From Anaerolineales bacterium (GTDB lineage Bacteria; Chloroflexota; Anaerolineae; Anaerolineales; RBG-16-64-43): a stretch of 64,000 nt of DNA. The notes under the pieces are model-generated. The model was given only the letters and a program-made list of their open reading frames with translations, was not told the origin of the DNA and did no database searches. How positions within the stretch are numbered: the stretch's first letter is position 1; every line of letters starts with the position of its first letter. The stretch is taken from the NCBI GenBank assembly GCA_016928575.1, contig JAFGKK010000068.1:26319-90318 (forward strand), given 5' to 3'. Below are positions 17,519 through 26,636 of the stretch, one piece after another. The translations under genes were made by a program, and so were the position numbers.

Positions 17519-17560
17519 GGAAAAAACCAGATCCATTTTCTAGGAAAGGAGGTGAAAGCC

Positions 17561-17707
17561 ATGCTAAAGAAATTGCAGAAGAAAGGGCAAGGTTTGGTCG
17601 AGTATGCATTGATTTTGGTGTTGGTTGCCATCGTGATTATTATTATCCTTTCGGTCCTCGGTCCCGCCATCGGCAACGTCTTCAGCCAGATCATCAGCGC
17701 GATCTAG
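17561..17707 (+). CDS. flp: Flp/Fap-family type IVb prepilin (48 aa; not in the supplied ORF track)
   Basis: The product is MLKKLQKKGQGLVEYALILVLVAIVIIIILSVLGPAIGNVFSQIISAI. It has the G-xxxx-EY Flp processing motif (G9, E14, Y15), a hydrophobic core, an AGGAGG RBS at 17548-17553 and a terminator immediately downstream. Confidence 0.85.
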   Translation: MLKKLQKKGQGLVEYALILVLVAIVIIIILSVLGPAIGNVFSQIISAI

Positions 17708-17725
17708 CGACCGATAGCAGACCGG

Positions 17726-17762
17726 AAAATTGAGCCCCGTTTTTCGGGGCTCAATTTATTTC
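17726..17762 (+). terminator. Rho-independent terminator after flp
   Basis: A 10-bp stem (TTGAGCCCCG / CGGGGCTCAA, 17730-17739 and 17745-17754) with a TTTTT loop, followed by a T-rich tail. Confidence 0.7.
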
Positions 17763-17813
17763 GGAGTAATATTATCCGCAATCAAAAAATATACTGTTTT
17801 TTTACGCCTCTCC

Positions 17814-17841
17814 TTGACTTTTGTCATATTATTAGTATGAT
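17814..17841 (+). promoter_or_regulatory. Candidate promoter for the cpaB-tadC operon (TTGACT -16 nt- TATGAT)
   Basis: TTGACT at 17814-17819 and TATGAT at 17836-17841 in an AT-rich gap upstream of cpaB. The cpaB RBS is GGAGG. Confidence 0.4.
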
Positions 17842-17877
17842 AGCAAACATTCGGCGCCTATCCACCTGGAGGTCCAA

Positions 17878-18903
17878 ATGAGACGAAGGATGTTGTTGAT
17901 CCTTGCCCTGGTTATTTTTGTCGTCGCCGGGGTGGTCTATATCCTTTTACAGGGATTTCCCGGAACACAAAAACCCACGCCGACGCCCGAACTGAGTCCC
18001 TACACGATCATCTTCGTCGCCCAAGACATACCGGCGGGCTCTACGATAACCGCCGACAGCTTGGTGGAAGGGCCATGGCCGCGGGATATGCCGTTGCCGG
18101 GCTTGGTCACGGATATGTCCGCCGTGGTCGGCAAGCGGGCGCGGATCGACCTCCGCCGCGGCGAACCGATCTTCTCCTCTCAGGTGGTGGAGAGCGGCGC
18201 GGCCGTGTCCGACACCGCATCCGCGACGGCTTTGAAGATCACCCCCGGGAAGGTGGCGATCGCCGTCCCGATGAACCGTCTGACCGGGGTCGCCTACGCC
18301 ATCGGCAACGGCGACCACATCATGATCATCGCCTCGATGCGGTTTATCAGCCTGGATAAGGAATTCCAGACTGAAATGCCGAACAACGTTCTGCTGGTGG
18401 GGATCGACTCGGAAGGAAAGATCACCTTCACCCAGATTCAAAGCGGCAAGATTTTCAAGGAATCACCTCTCAGCGACATTCTTCTGGCGACGTATTACAC
18501 GCCCATCGAACCCCAGCGTCCGCGCTTGGTCAGCGCAGTAATCGTTTCGGATGCCCGGGTGCTGAGCGTCGGAACGGTGAGTCGGCCTGTCGCCGCCGCA
18601 ACTCCCGCTGCGGGAGGAGGCGCCGCGGCCGCGGTTCCTTCGAGCACGCCAGACATCCTGGTGATCGAGGTCACGCCGGACGAGGCGCTGGCGGTTAATT
18701 TCGTGATGCGGCTCTATGCGGACCTGACCTACGCCCTGCGTTCCGCGGGCGACACCTCCGTAATCAGCGTCGAATCGATGGATTTGGAACGCTTGATGAC
18801 GGATTTCAAAATCGAGCTTCCGAACACACTTTCGTACGGGACGGTCCCGCGGATCGAAAATCCGTTCAGCTATCTGCTGGGCAACGACGTGGAAGCAAGG
18901 TAA
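17878..18903 (+). CDS. cpaB: Flp pilus assembly protein CpaB/RcpC
   Basis: N-terminal TM anchor, a SAF-like segment (VAQDIPAGSTITADSL), and a position directly after flp. Confidence 0.8.
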   Translation: MRRRMLLILALVIFVVAGVVYILLQGFPGTQKPTPTPELSPYTIIFVAQDIPAGSTITADSLVEGPWPRDMPLPGLVTDMSAVVGKRARIDLRRGEPIFSSQVVESGAAVSDTASATALKITPGKVAIAVPMNRLTGVAYAIGNGDHIMIIASMRFISLDKEFQTEMPNNVLLVGIDSEGKITFTQIQSGKIFKESPLSDILLATYYTPIEPQRPRLVSAVIVSDARVLSVGTVSRPVAAATPAAGGGAAAAVPSSTPDILVIEVTPDEALAVNFVMRLYADLTYALRSAGDTSVISVESMDLERLMTDFKIELPNTLSYGTVPRIENPFSYLLGNDVEAR

Positions 18904-18909
18904 CTGCGA

Positions 18910-20148
18910 GTGGCCGATAAAATCCGCGTTCTCATCGTCGATGATATCGCCGAAACCCGGGAGAATATCCGCCGCTTGTTGCAGTTCGAGCGGGATATGG
19001 AGGTTGTGGGCGGAGCCCGCACCGGCAAAGAAGCCCTCACCCTGGCGCGCGATACCACGCCGCATGTCGTCATCATGGACATCAACATGCCCGACATGGA
19101 CGGCATCTCGGCGACCGAGGCGCTGCTGAAGGATCTCCCCAACACTCAGATCGTCATCCTCTCCGTCCAAAACGAGCCGGACTACATGCGCCGGGCGATG
19201 CTGGCCGGAGCGCGGGATTTTCTCCCCAAACCCCCGTCCGCCGACGAATTGGTCAGCACGATCCGCAAGGTGGGCCAGCGAGCGCTGGCCCAGCCGAGCA
19301 TATCGCCTGTGGCGGCCACGCCCGGAGCGCCGGTCAACATCGCCTCCCCGCACGGCCTGCACGGCAAGGTGGTCGTCGTGTACAGCCCGCGGGGCGGGGT
19401 GGGGCGGACGATGGTGTCCACCAACCTGGCGCTGGCGCTGAACACCGCGGACACTCCGACGGTGGTCGTCGACGCCGCTCTGCAGTTCGGAGACGTGGCC
19501 GCCTGCCTAAACCTGCAAACCCGCAACAGCCTGATCGACCTGGTGGAGCAGGCGGGGGATCTGGACAACGACCTGGTGGAACGCATCGCCATCCATCATC
19601 CCTCCGGGATGAAGGTGATCGCGGCGCCGGCCCGCCCCGAACAGGCGGAAGGCGTCCAGGGAGCCCAGATCAGCAAGGTGATCCGCTTTCTCGCGAACGT
19701 GTTTCAGTACGTCGTGGTCGACACTGCTTCGGCACTCAACGAGGCTACGATCGGGGCGATCGACGCCAGCGACGTGGTGGTTCTCATCGGCGCCCCCGAC
19801 CTTCCCACCATCAAGAACCTGAGGATGTTCTTCGATCTGGGCGAGGCGCTAAACCTGACGCCGCAGAAGATGGTCCTGATCATGAATCGCATGGACAAAC
19901 GCTTCGGGATCTCGGCGGAGAAGGTTGCGGATCTATTAAAGCAGCCGATAGTCGCCCAAATCCCCCTGGACGACAGAGTCGTCCCCCTGTCCACAAACAA
20001 CGGCGAGCCGTTCATCCTGGCGGACCGCACCAAGCCCATCGCCCGCGCCGTGCTGGAAATGGCCCAGGCGGTGAAAACCCGGCTGGCGGAGATCGCCCAG
20101 GCCGGCGTGGAAGAAAGGAAACCGGCGGCGGTCGGCAAAGTCCGGTAA
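18910..20148 (+). CDS. cpaE: CpaE/TadZ-like ParA/MinD ATPase fused to an N-terminal receiver (REC) domain
   Basis: The REC region carries VLIVDD, VIMDINMPDMDG and LPKP. The C-terminal half has a deviant Walker A (VVVYSPRGGVGRT). Confidence 0.85.
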   Translation: MADKIRVLIVDDIAETRENIRRLLQFERDMEVVGGARTGKEALTLARDTTPHVVIMDINMPDMDGISATEALLKDLPNTQIVILSVQNEPDYMRRAMLAGARDFLPKPPSADELVSTIRKVGQRALAQPSISPVAATPGAPVNIASPHGLHGKVVVVYSPRGGVGRTMVSTNLALALNTADTPTVVVDAALQFGDVAACLNLQTRNSLIDLVEQAGDLDNDLVERIAIHHPSGMKVIAAPARPEQAEGVQGAQISKVIRFLANVFQYVVVDTASALNEATIGAIDASDVVVLIGAPDLPTIKNLRMFFDLGEALNLTPQKMVLIMNRMDKRFGISAEKVADLLKQPIVAQIPLDDRVVPLSTNNGEPFILADRTKPIARAVLEMAQAVKTRLAEIAQAGVEERKPAAVGKVR

Positions 20149-20187
20149 GCCGTGCCGGGGGTATTCCTGTAGAAAGGAAGTGGCACC

Positions 20188-21588
20188 GTGTCGCTGCTTC
20201 GCAGAATCGAACAAGGGCAAGCGCAGACTCCGCAGCAAGAGGACCTTAGCGCTTCGCGCTTGGCGGAATTGCGGTCGCGCCGTCCCACCACCCAGGCGGC
20301 CGCACAAACGGGCACTCGCGACGCGTATTTCGACCTGAAAACCCGGGTGCAGAACAAACTCCTGGGGGAATTGGATCCCTCCATGGACGTCAACCGGACG
20401 GCCGAAGTGCGCCGGACGATTGAGGAGCTATTCGAAAACATCCTTGCGGAGGAGAGCATTGCCCTCTCCCGCGCGGAAAAAAAACGGCTGTTTGAGGCGA
20501 TCGTGGCGGAAATCCTCGGTTTCGGCCCGCTGGAACCGCTGTTGGCCGAAGAGGCCGTGACCGAAATCATGGTGAACGGATCCAAGAACGTGTTCGTCGA
20601 GCGCAAAGGGAAAATCGAACGGGTCCCGGTGAGCTTCGAGAGCGACGACCACGTGATGCGGATCATCGACCGGATTGTCTCCCCGCTCGGCCGCCGGATC
20701 GACGAATCCAGCCCGTACGTAGACGCCCGTCTGCCCGACGGTTCCCGCGTCAACGCGGTCATTCCGCCCATTTCGCTGGTCGGCCCGATCCTCACCATCC
20801 GGAAATTCGCCAAGATCCCGATCACCATCGAGAACCTGATCAGCTTCGGAACCATCACCGCCGAAGCGGTGGAGTTCCTGAAGGCTTGCGTTATCGCCCG
20901 GATGAACATCGTCATCTCCGGAGGCACCGGTTCGGGGAAGACCACATTGCTCAACATCATTTCCCAGTTCATCCCCTCCGACGAGCGGATCATCACCATT
21001 GAGAACGCGGCCGAGCTTCAACTGCGCCAGGAACACGTCGTCTCGCTGGAATCCCGCCCGCCGAACATTGAAGGGCGCGGCGAAGTGACCATCCGCGACC
21101 TGGTGATCAACGCGTTGCGGATGCGTCCCGAGCGGATCGTCGTCGGGGAGGTCCGCGACGACGCGGCCCTTGACATGCTCCAGGCGATGAACACCGGCCA
21201 CGACGGCTCGATGACCACCCTGCACTCTAACAGCCCGCGCGACACGCTCTCGCGCTTGGAGACGATGGTCATGATGGCGGGTATGGATCTGCCGTCCCGC
21301 GCCATCCGCGAGCAAATCGCCTCGGCCATCAACATGGTCGTGCACCAGGAGCGCCTTCGCGACGGTTCCCGCCACGTGACCTACATCACGGAGGTGCAGG
21401 GAATGGAAGGCGACGTCATCACCATGACGGACCTGTTCGTCTTCGAGCAGACCGGGATTGAATCGGGCAGGGTGGTTGGGCGCCTGCGGCCGACGGGGCT
21501 GCGTCCGAAGTTCATGGACCGGATCGAAGCCTCAGGGATTCACCTGCCCGCGTCGGTCTTCGGCATCGGGGAACGCATGCGCTATTGA
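20188..21588 (+). CDS. cpaF: Tad secretion ATPase CpaF/TadA
   Basis: Walker A is [15 protein letters not shown]2SS/T4SS ATPase boxes are present ([36 protein letters not shown]). GTG start at 20188 with an AAGGAAG RBS. Confidence 0.9.
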   Translation: MSLLRRIEQGQAQTPQQEDLSASRLAELRSRRPTTQAAAQTGTRDAYFDLKTRVQNKLLGELDPSMDVNRTAEVRRTIEELFENILAEESIALSRAEKKRLFEAIVAEILGFGPLEPLLAEEAVTEIMVNGSKNVFVERKGKIERVPVSFESDDHVMRIIDRIVSPLGRRIDESSPYVDARLPDGSRVNAVIPPISLVGPILTIRKFAKIPITIENLISFGTITAEAVEFLKACVIARMNIVISGGTGSGKTTLLNIISQFIPSDERIITIENAAELQLRQEHVVSLESRPPNIEGRGEVTIRDLVINALRMRPERIVVGEVRDDAALDMLQAMNTGHDGSMTTLHSNSPRDTLSRLETMVMMAGMDLPSRAIREQIASAINMVVHQERLRDGSRHVTYITEVQGMEGDVITMTDLFVFEQTGIESGRVVGRLRPTGLRPKFMDRIEASGIHLPASVFGIGERMRY

Positions 21589-21607
21589 TCTCCCCCGGAG
21601 TCATCTC

Positions 21608-22576
21608 ATGTCCCCAGCGTTGATTTCCATCATCTTTGTCGCCGTCGCCGTCATCCTGCTGGTGTTTGCCTTCCTGGGTTCCGGCGACACCTCGGTGGAA
21701 GAACGGCTGAGCCGCTATACGGAATTCACCGTACCGGTTGAGGAAAATGAGCCCACCAAAGAAGATAAACAACGAAGCAGTCCGGTGGCGGATTACCTGG
21801 AAAAGAACTTTTCACATTCAGATTGGTTTGAAGGCATCTCCAAGGACATCGCCCGGGCGGATCTGAAACTGAGGCCGACGGAATACATCGCCCTGATCGT
21901 CATCGCCACCATCGGGATGGGGGCGATCGCATTCCTCCTCTTTAAGAGCATCCTGTTGGCCCCCGTCGGCGCGGTGATCGGATTCTTCCTTCCCGGTTTC
22001 TACATCAAGCAAAAACAAAGCGGGCGGCTGCATCAATTCGAAGCCCAAATGGCGGACATGCTGAACCTCAGCGTCAACAGCCTCAGGGCCGGCTATTCCG
22101 TGATCCAGGCGCTGGAATCCGTCGCCAAGGAGATGCCGTCCCCCATGTCAGTGGAGATCCGCCGCGTCGTCCAGGAAGTCCAGATCGGCCTTACCCTGGA
22201 CGTGGCGCTGGAAAACCTCCTGCGCCGGATGAACAGCCCCGACCTGAAGCTGATCATCACGGCGATCAACATCCAGCGCGAGGTCGGCGGCAACCTGGCG
22301 GAAATTCTAGACACGATCTCGCACACCATCCGCGAACGGGTCCGGATCAAAGGCGAAATCCGCGTGTTGACAGCCCAGCAGTCGATTACGGGGTATCTGA
22401 TCGGGTTCCTTCCGTTCGGTTTGGGAGGATTCCTCTACCTCTACAATCCATCCTACATCGGAAAATTTTTTGCGCCGGAATCCCGCGCCTGCGGGATCCC
22501 GATGGTGATCTGCGGCGGACTTCTGATCGTTGGAGGGTTCGTCGCCGTCCGGAAAATCGTGTCGATCGAGATTTAA
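21608..22576 (+). CDS. tadB: Tad platform protein TadB (T2SSF domain)
   Basis: ATG at 21608 gives MSPALISIIFVAV. The T2SSF-like region reads LRAGYSVIQALESVAKEMPSP. The track start at 21458 overlaps cpaF. Confidence 0.85.
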   Translation: MSPALISIIFVAVAVILLVFAFLGSGDTSVEERLSRYTEFTVPVEENEPTKEDKQRSSPVADYLEKNFSHSDWFEGISKDIARADLKLRPTEYIALIVIATIGMGAIAFLLFKSILLAPVGAVIGFFLPGFYIKQKQSGRLHQFEAQMADMLNLSVNSLRAGYSVIQALESVAKEMPSPMSVEIRRVVQEVQIGLTLDVALENLLRRMNSPDLKLIITAINIQREVGGNLAEILDTISHTIRERVRIKGEIRVLTAQQSITGYLIGFLPFGLGGFLYLYNPSYIGKFFAPESRACGIPMVICGGLLIVGGFVAVRKIVSIEI

Positions 22577-22585
22577 CAGGCCATC

Positions 22586-23536
22586 ATGCTTATCGCCGTT
22601 TTCATCGGGATTGTTGTCATCGGGGCCGCCGCGCTGGTGTATGCGGCGGTCAAGATGCCCAAGGACCAAACCCCGCTGGACGCCCGGTTGTCGGAATACG
22701 CCGGACGGGAAGTGCCGATCAGCCTGGAAGAAATCGAGCTGCAGCAGCCGTTTCACGAGCGGGTGATCCTGCCCATCCTCAAAGGGATCAGCGATCTCAT
22801 CGTCCGGTTTACGCCGGCCGCCAACATCCAGACCATCCAGAAAAAACTCGATTTGGCCGGCAATCCGTGGGGAGTCGAAGCTCCGGTCTACTGGTCGATG
22901 CAGATCGTCTTCGCAGTCCTGTTTGGGGGGGTCTTGTCCTTCCTGTTCCTGTTCGGCACCTGGCGGCCGCAGTGGTTCATCGCGATCGGCTTGGTGATCT
23001 TCGGCTTGGTGTTCGGATACTTCTTCCCGCGGCTGTATCTGGACAGCCGAATCGCGCGCCGCCAGGAGAATGTCCGCAAGGCGATGCCGGACGCCTTGGA
23101 CCTGCTGACCATCTGCGTCGAAGCCGGCCTGGGATTCGATTCCGCCATGTCGAAGGTGACCGAGGAATGGGAGAACGAGTTGAGCATGGCATTAGGCCGG
23201 GTGATTCAGGAAATCCGCCTGGGAAAACTCCGCCGCGACGCCTTGCGGGACATGGCCGAACGGATCGGCATCTCCGAAATGACGAGCTTCGTCGCGGCCG
23301 TGATCCAATCCGAACAGTTGGGCGTCAGCATGTCGCGGGTATTACGGATCCAAGCCGACCAAATGCGCATGCGCCGAAGGCAGCGCGCCGAAGAGAAGGC
23401 CCGTCAAGCCCCCGTGAAGATGATGATTCCGCTCGTGTTCCTGATCTTCCCGTCGATCCTGATCGTGCTCCTGGGTCCTGCGGGATTGATCCTGTTCACG
23501 TCGCCGGTCGGGAAGATGTTCTTCGGTGGAGGCTAA
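22586..23536 (+). CDS. tadC: Tad platform protein TadC (T2SSF domain)
   Basis: The T2SSF region reads MPDALDLLTICVEAGLGFDSAM, with terminal TM helices. Confidence 0.85.
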   Translation: MLIAVFIGIVVIGAAALVYAAVKMPKDQTPLDARLSEYAGREVPISLEEIELQQPFHERVILPILKGISDLIVRFTPAANIQTIQKKLDLAGNPWGVEAPVYWSMQIVFAVLFGGVLSFLFLFGTWRPQWFIAIGLVIFGLVFGYFFPRLYLDSRIARRQENVRKAMPDALDLLTICVEAGLGFDSAMSKVTEEWENELSMALGRVIQEIRLGKLRRDALRDMAERIGISEMTSFVAAVIQSEQLGVSMSRVLRIQADQMRMRRRQRAEEKARQAPVKMMIPLVFLIFPSILIVLLGPAGLILFTSPVGKMFFGGG

Positions 23537-24282
23537 TGGGCGCCCGGATCATGCGGAGAAGGTTCCCGAGGCTCGAGGAAAACGACCGCTCGCTACAATC
23601 CTTCCTGCTTGACCTTTTTTTCCCCCCCCAATGCGTATATTGCCGATCGCTCGGCCCCCGAATTTGCGCCGCCTGCGCCGCCGGGATCGACTGGATCGAT
23701 TCGCGCCGTTGCCCATGGTGCGGCCTTCCTGAGCCGATCCCGCCGACGCACCGCTGCATCGACCGAACCCGGCTTGACTTCGTCCGGTCGGCGGCAGCCT
23801 TCTCGGGACCGCTGCGGAAAGCGCTGCATGCCTTGAAATATGATGCGGACCGCTCCCTGGCTGCGGAGTTGGTCAAACTCGCCTACCCCCATTGGTCTCC
23901 GCCGTCCTGGGAATTCGATCTGATCCTTCCTGTGCCGCTGGGGAAACGCCGTCAAATCCAGCGCGGATACAACCAGTCGCTTTTGCTGGCCGGGGCGATC
24001 GCGCGACGGTCGGTCATTCCGCTGGGCGAAAAAAACCTTGTCCGAGTCCGCGAGACACAAAGCCAAGTGGGATTGTCGCTCGGAGAGCGCCGGGAGAACG
24101 TGGCCGAGGCCTTCCGCGCCGCCGAAGTGGCGGGGCGGAGGATTCTCCTGGTCGACGACGTCTGCACCACGGGGGCGACCCTGGATAGCTGCGCGGCGGC
24201 ATTGCGCAAGGCAGGCGCCGCCGCAGTGGCAGCGCTGACTTTGGCACGCGCCGTCCTGCCCGCCGCAGGGAGGGAATCCTGA
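23536..24282 (+). CDS. comF: ComF-family protein (ComFC-like phosphoribosyltransferase fold)
   Basis: An N-terminal Cys pair motif (CVYCRS ... CPWCG) and a PRTase motif (ILLVDDVCTTGATL) are present. The ATG overlaps the tadC TAA (TAATG). The long track version (22867) overlaps tadC out of frame. Confidence 0.8.
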   Translation: MGARIMRRRFPRLEENDRSLQSFLLDLFFPPQCVYCRSLGPRICAACAAGIDWIDSRRCPWCGLPEPIPPTHRCIDRTRLDFVRSAAAFSGPLRKALHALKYDADRSLAAELVKLAYPHWSPPSWEFDLILPVPLGKRRQIQRGYNQSLLLAGAIARRSVIPLGEKNLVRVRETQSQVGLSLGERRENVAEAFRAAEVAGRRILLVDDVCTTGATLDSCAAALRKAGAAAVAALTLARAVLPAAGRES

Positions 24283-24307
24283 AACCATTCTCAATTGGAG
24301 GAAGACA

Positions 24308-24868
24308 ATGACCATCCAAATCCTTGTCAACACCACCGAAATGGAAATGACCCCGCACCTTCAGGAGTACGTGGAGAAGAAGATTAATAAGCTGAGCCGC
24401 TTTCTGGACAATATCGACGAGGCCAGGGCGGAATTGAAATACGACCGGGGCGTGCGCAGCGAGAACGACAAGCACGTCGCCCAGCTGACCATCCGGGGAA
24501 GGGACTTACTGTTGCGGGCCGAGGAGCGGAGCAACGACATTTACGCGTCCGTGGATGCGGCCCTCGACAAACTCCACCGTCAGATGGAAAAATACAAAGG
24601 CCGGCGGATGCGCGTCCGCGGAGAGGGTGGCCCTGTGAAAACCGGAATCGCCGACCACGTCGAGGACGAGCCGGACAAAGACCAAGTCGTCGTCCGCCGG
24701 AAGCGCTTCGCGCTCGAGCCGATGAGCGAAACGGAGGCGATCGAGCAAATGCACATGCTGGGACACGAGGAATTTTTCCTCTTCCAGAACGTGCGCAGCG
24801 GGGGAATCAACGTGGTATACCGGAGAAGGGACGGGGCCTACGGGATCCTGGAACCCGAGATCCGCTGA
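24308..24868 (+). CDS. hpf: Ribosome hibernation promoting factor, long form
   Basis: An N-terminal RaiA/HPF fold (MTPHLQEYVEKKINKLSRF) plus a C-terminal dimerisation domain (EAIEQMHMLGHEFFLF). Confidence 0.9.
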   Translation: MTIQILVNTTEMEMTPHLQEYVEKKINKLSRFLDNIDEARAELKYDRGVRSENDKHVAQLTIRGRDLLLRAEERSNDIYASVDAALDKLHRQMEKYKGRRMRVRGEGGPVKTGIADHVEDEPDKDQVVVRRKRFALEPMSETEAIEQMHMLGHEEFFLFQNVRSGGINVVYRRRDGAYGILEPEIR

Positions 24869-24889
24869 CGAAGCCGTCCGGACGGGGGA

Positions 24890-25657
24890 TCAGCGGATCG
24901 ACCGCAGGCCCCACCGTTCGCGGATGCGCCGCTCGAAGGGCGCAAACACGAGAAAGTCGACCAACAATCCGATGGCGACGATGATGATCATGACCGAGAT
25001 CACCTGCGCCATGTCGTTCAATTCGCGGCCCATCGTAAGCAGATGGCCGAGGCTGGCCTTCCCGCCGTAGTACAGCAGTTCGCCCGCCATCAGGGAGCGC
25101 CAGGCAAACGACCACCCCAATTTCATGCCCGAGATGATCGATGGGAACGCCGCCGGCAGGATCACCTGCGAATACAGCCTGATGCCGGCGGCTCCCATGG
25201 TTTTCGCCGCCTGAAGGAACAGCGGGGGGGTGTTGCGAATCCCGTCGGCGGTCGAGAGGGAGATGGACAGCAGGGCTCCCATGATGACCACGAAGATGAT
25301 CGCCCTTTCCGACAAGCCGAACCATAACAAAGCCAGGGGCAGCCAACACACGCTGGGCAGCGCCTGCAATCCCAGGATGACCGACCCGACGGTCTGCTGG
25401 ATGATCGGAATCCGTCCGATCAACATCCCAAGCGTTATTCCAACAAGAAGGGAAATCCCGTAGCCCGCGGCCAGCCTCCATAGGCTGTAGAGAATAGCCC
25501 TGGGAAAGGTTCCGTCCACAAAGCCGGTCCAGATGGAACGGAGAACATCGTAGAAAGACGGAATGATGTACTTGGGCCAAATGCCCAGCCGAACCACGGC
25601 TTCCCAGACAACGATCAGCAGTCCGAAAAACAGGATCCTAACCAACCAGGTTTTCAT
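24890..25657 (-). CDS. ABC transporter permease, NitT/TauT (SsuC/TauC-like) family
   Basis: Six hydrophobic helices and a BPD_transp_1-like loop. Start is taken at MKTWLVRILFFG (ATG at 25657). Confidence 0.8.
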   Translation of the reverse strand: MKTWLVRILFFGLLIVVWEAVVRLGIWPKYIIPSFYDVLRSIWTGFVDGTFPRAILYSLWRLAAGYGISLLVGITLGMLIGRIPIIQQTVGSVILGLQALPSVCWLPLALLWFGLSERAIIFVVIMGALLSISLSTADGIRNTPPLFLQAAKTMGAAGIRLYSQVILPAAFPSIISGMKLGWSFAWRSLMAGELLYYGGKASLGHLLTMGRELNDMAQVISVMIIIVAIGLLVDFLVFAPFERRIRERWGLRSIR

Positions 25658-26432
25658 GGTCCTGTTCCTTTTGCTTGGCCGCAAGGACTTCTTCCCGCAG
25701 ATCGGAAAGCACCTCCCGCACCGCCTCCACCAGCGCGAAATCTTCGATATGTCGCGGACGGGGCAGCTCGCATTTAAAGACCTTTTTCAACCGTCCAGGC
25801 CGCGCCGAAAGCAACAACACGCGGTCCCCAAGGACGAAGGCTTCGCGTACGTTGTGGGTGACGAAAAGGATGGTGGTTCCCGTTTTCTGCCAGATTTCCT
25901 GCAGTTCCGTATGCAACATGTCCCGGGTCTGGGCGTCGAGGGCCGCGAACGGCTCATCCATCAGGAGGACGTCCGGCTCCAAGGCCAGCGCCCTGGCCAG
26001 CGCCACCCTTTGCTTCATGCCTCCGGAGAGTTCATGGGTGTAGGCTTTGCGGAAACTGTTCAGCCCCACCAAGCGCAGATATTCCAAAGCCTTCTTCGGT
26101 TGGTCCTTTTTCGGTATACCCGCGCAATCCAACCCGAAGGAGACGTTGTCCATCACGTTAAGCCAGGGAAATAGCGCCGGCTCCTGAAAAATAACCACTC
26201 GGTCGCGGCCGGGGCCGGTGATGAGCTTGCCGTCCAGCAGGACACTGCCGGAATCCGCCTGTTCCAACCCGGCGATGATGTGCAACAGCGTCGTTTTTCC
26301 GCAGCCGGAAGGACCCAGCAGGCATAAGAACTCCCCGGCCTTCACGTCAAAGGTAAGATCCTCCAGCGCAAGGGTGGATTCACGGTGGCTGTGTTCAAAG
26401 ATTTTCGACAAAGACTGGACGGATAGCTTCAA
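25638..26432 (-). CDS. ABC transporter ATP-binding protein, NitT/TauT family
   Basis: Walker A is GPSGCGKTT, the signature is LSGGMKQRVALA and Walker B is LLMDEPF. Confidence 0.9.
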   Translation of the reverse strand: MKLSVQSLSKIFEHSHRESTLALEDLTFDVKAGEFLCLLGPSGCGKTTLLHIIAGLEQADSGSVLLDGKLITGPGRDRVVIFQEPALFPWLNVMDNVSFGLDCAGIPKKDQPKKALEYLRLVGLNSFRKAYTHELSGGMKQRVALARALALEPDVLLMDEPFAALDAQTRDMLHTELQEIWQKTGTTILFVTHNVREAFVLGDRVLLLSARPGRLKKVFKCELPRPRHIEDFALVEAVREVLSDLREEVLAAKQKEQDHENLVG

Positions 26433-26636
26433 CGCCTCTCCTTTACGGAGGAAGGTGAAAAAACGCAGTTCGAAGAGCCGTTTTCTTATGTTACTCCGAA
26501 AAAAGGGGGTGGATTGCCGTTTTCCTCACTCCGGATTATCTCCCTTGAGGAATCCTGGTTTGTCCAAGGACTGGAGTAGAATTATACCGTATTCCCCCCG
26601 TTTTCCGTGTATCAGGAGGCGTCAGGATAACCCGGC

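Noticed and set aside
19704-20999. 431-aa antisense ORF across cpaE/cpaF
   Set aside because: It lies opposite two strongly supported genes. Its Ser/Arg-rich composition is a high-GC antisense artefact.
22867-23535. Long N-terminal extension of comF (track ORF 22867..24282)
   Set aside because: The extension overlaps tadC out of frame and is Arg/Gly/Pro-rich. Recognisable ComF sequence begins only after the ATG at 23536.
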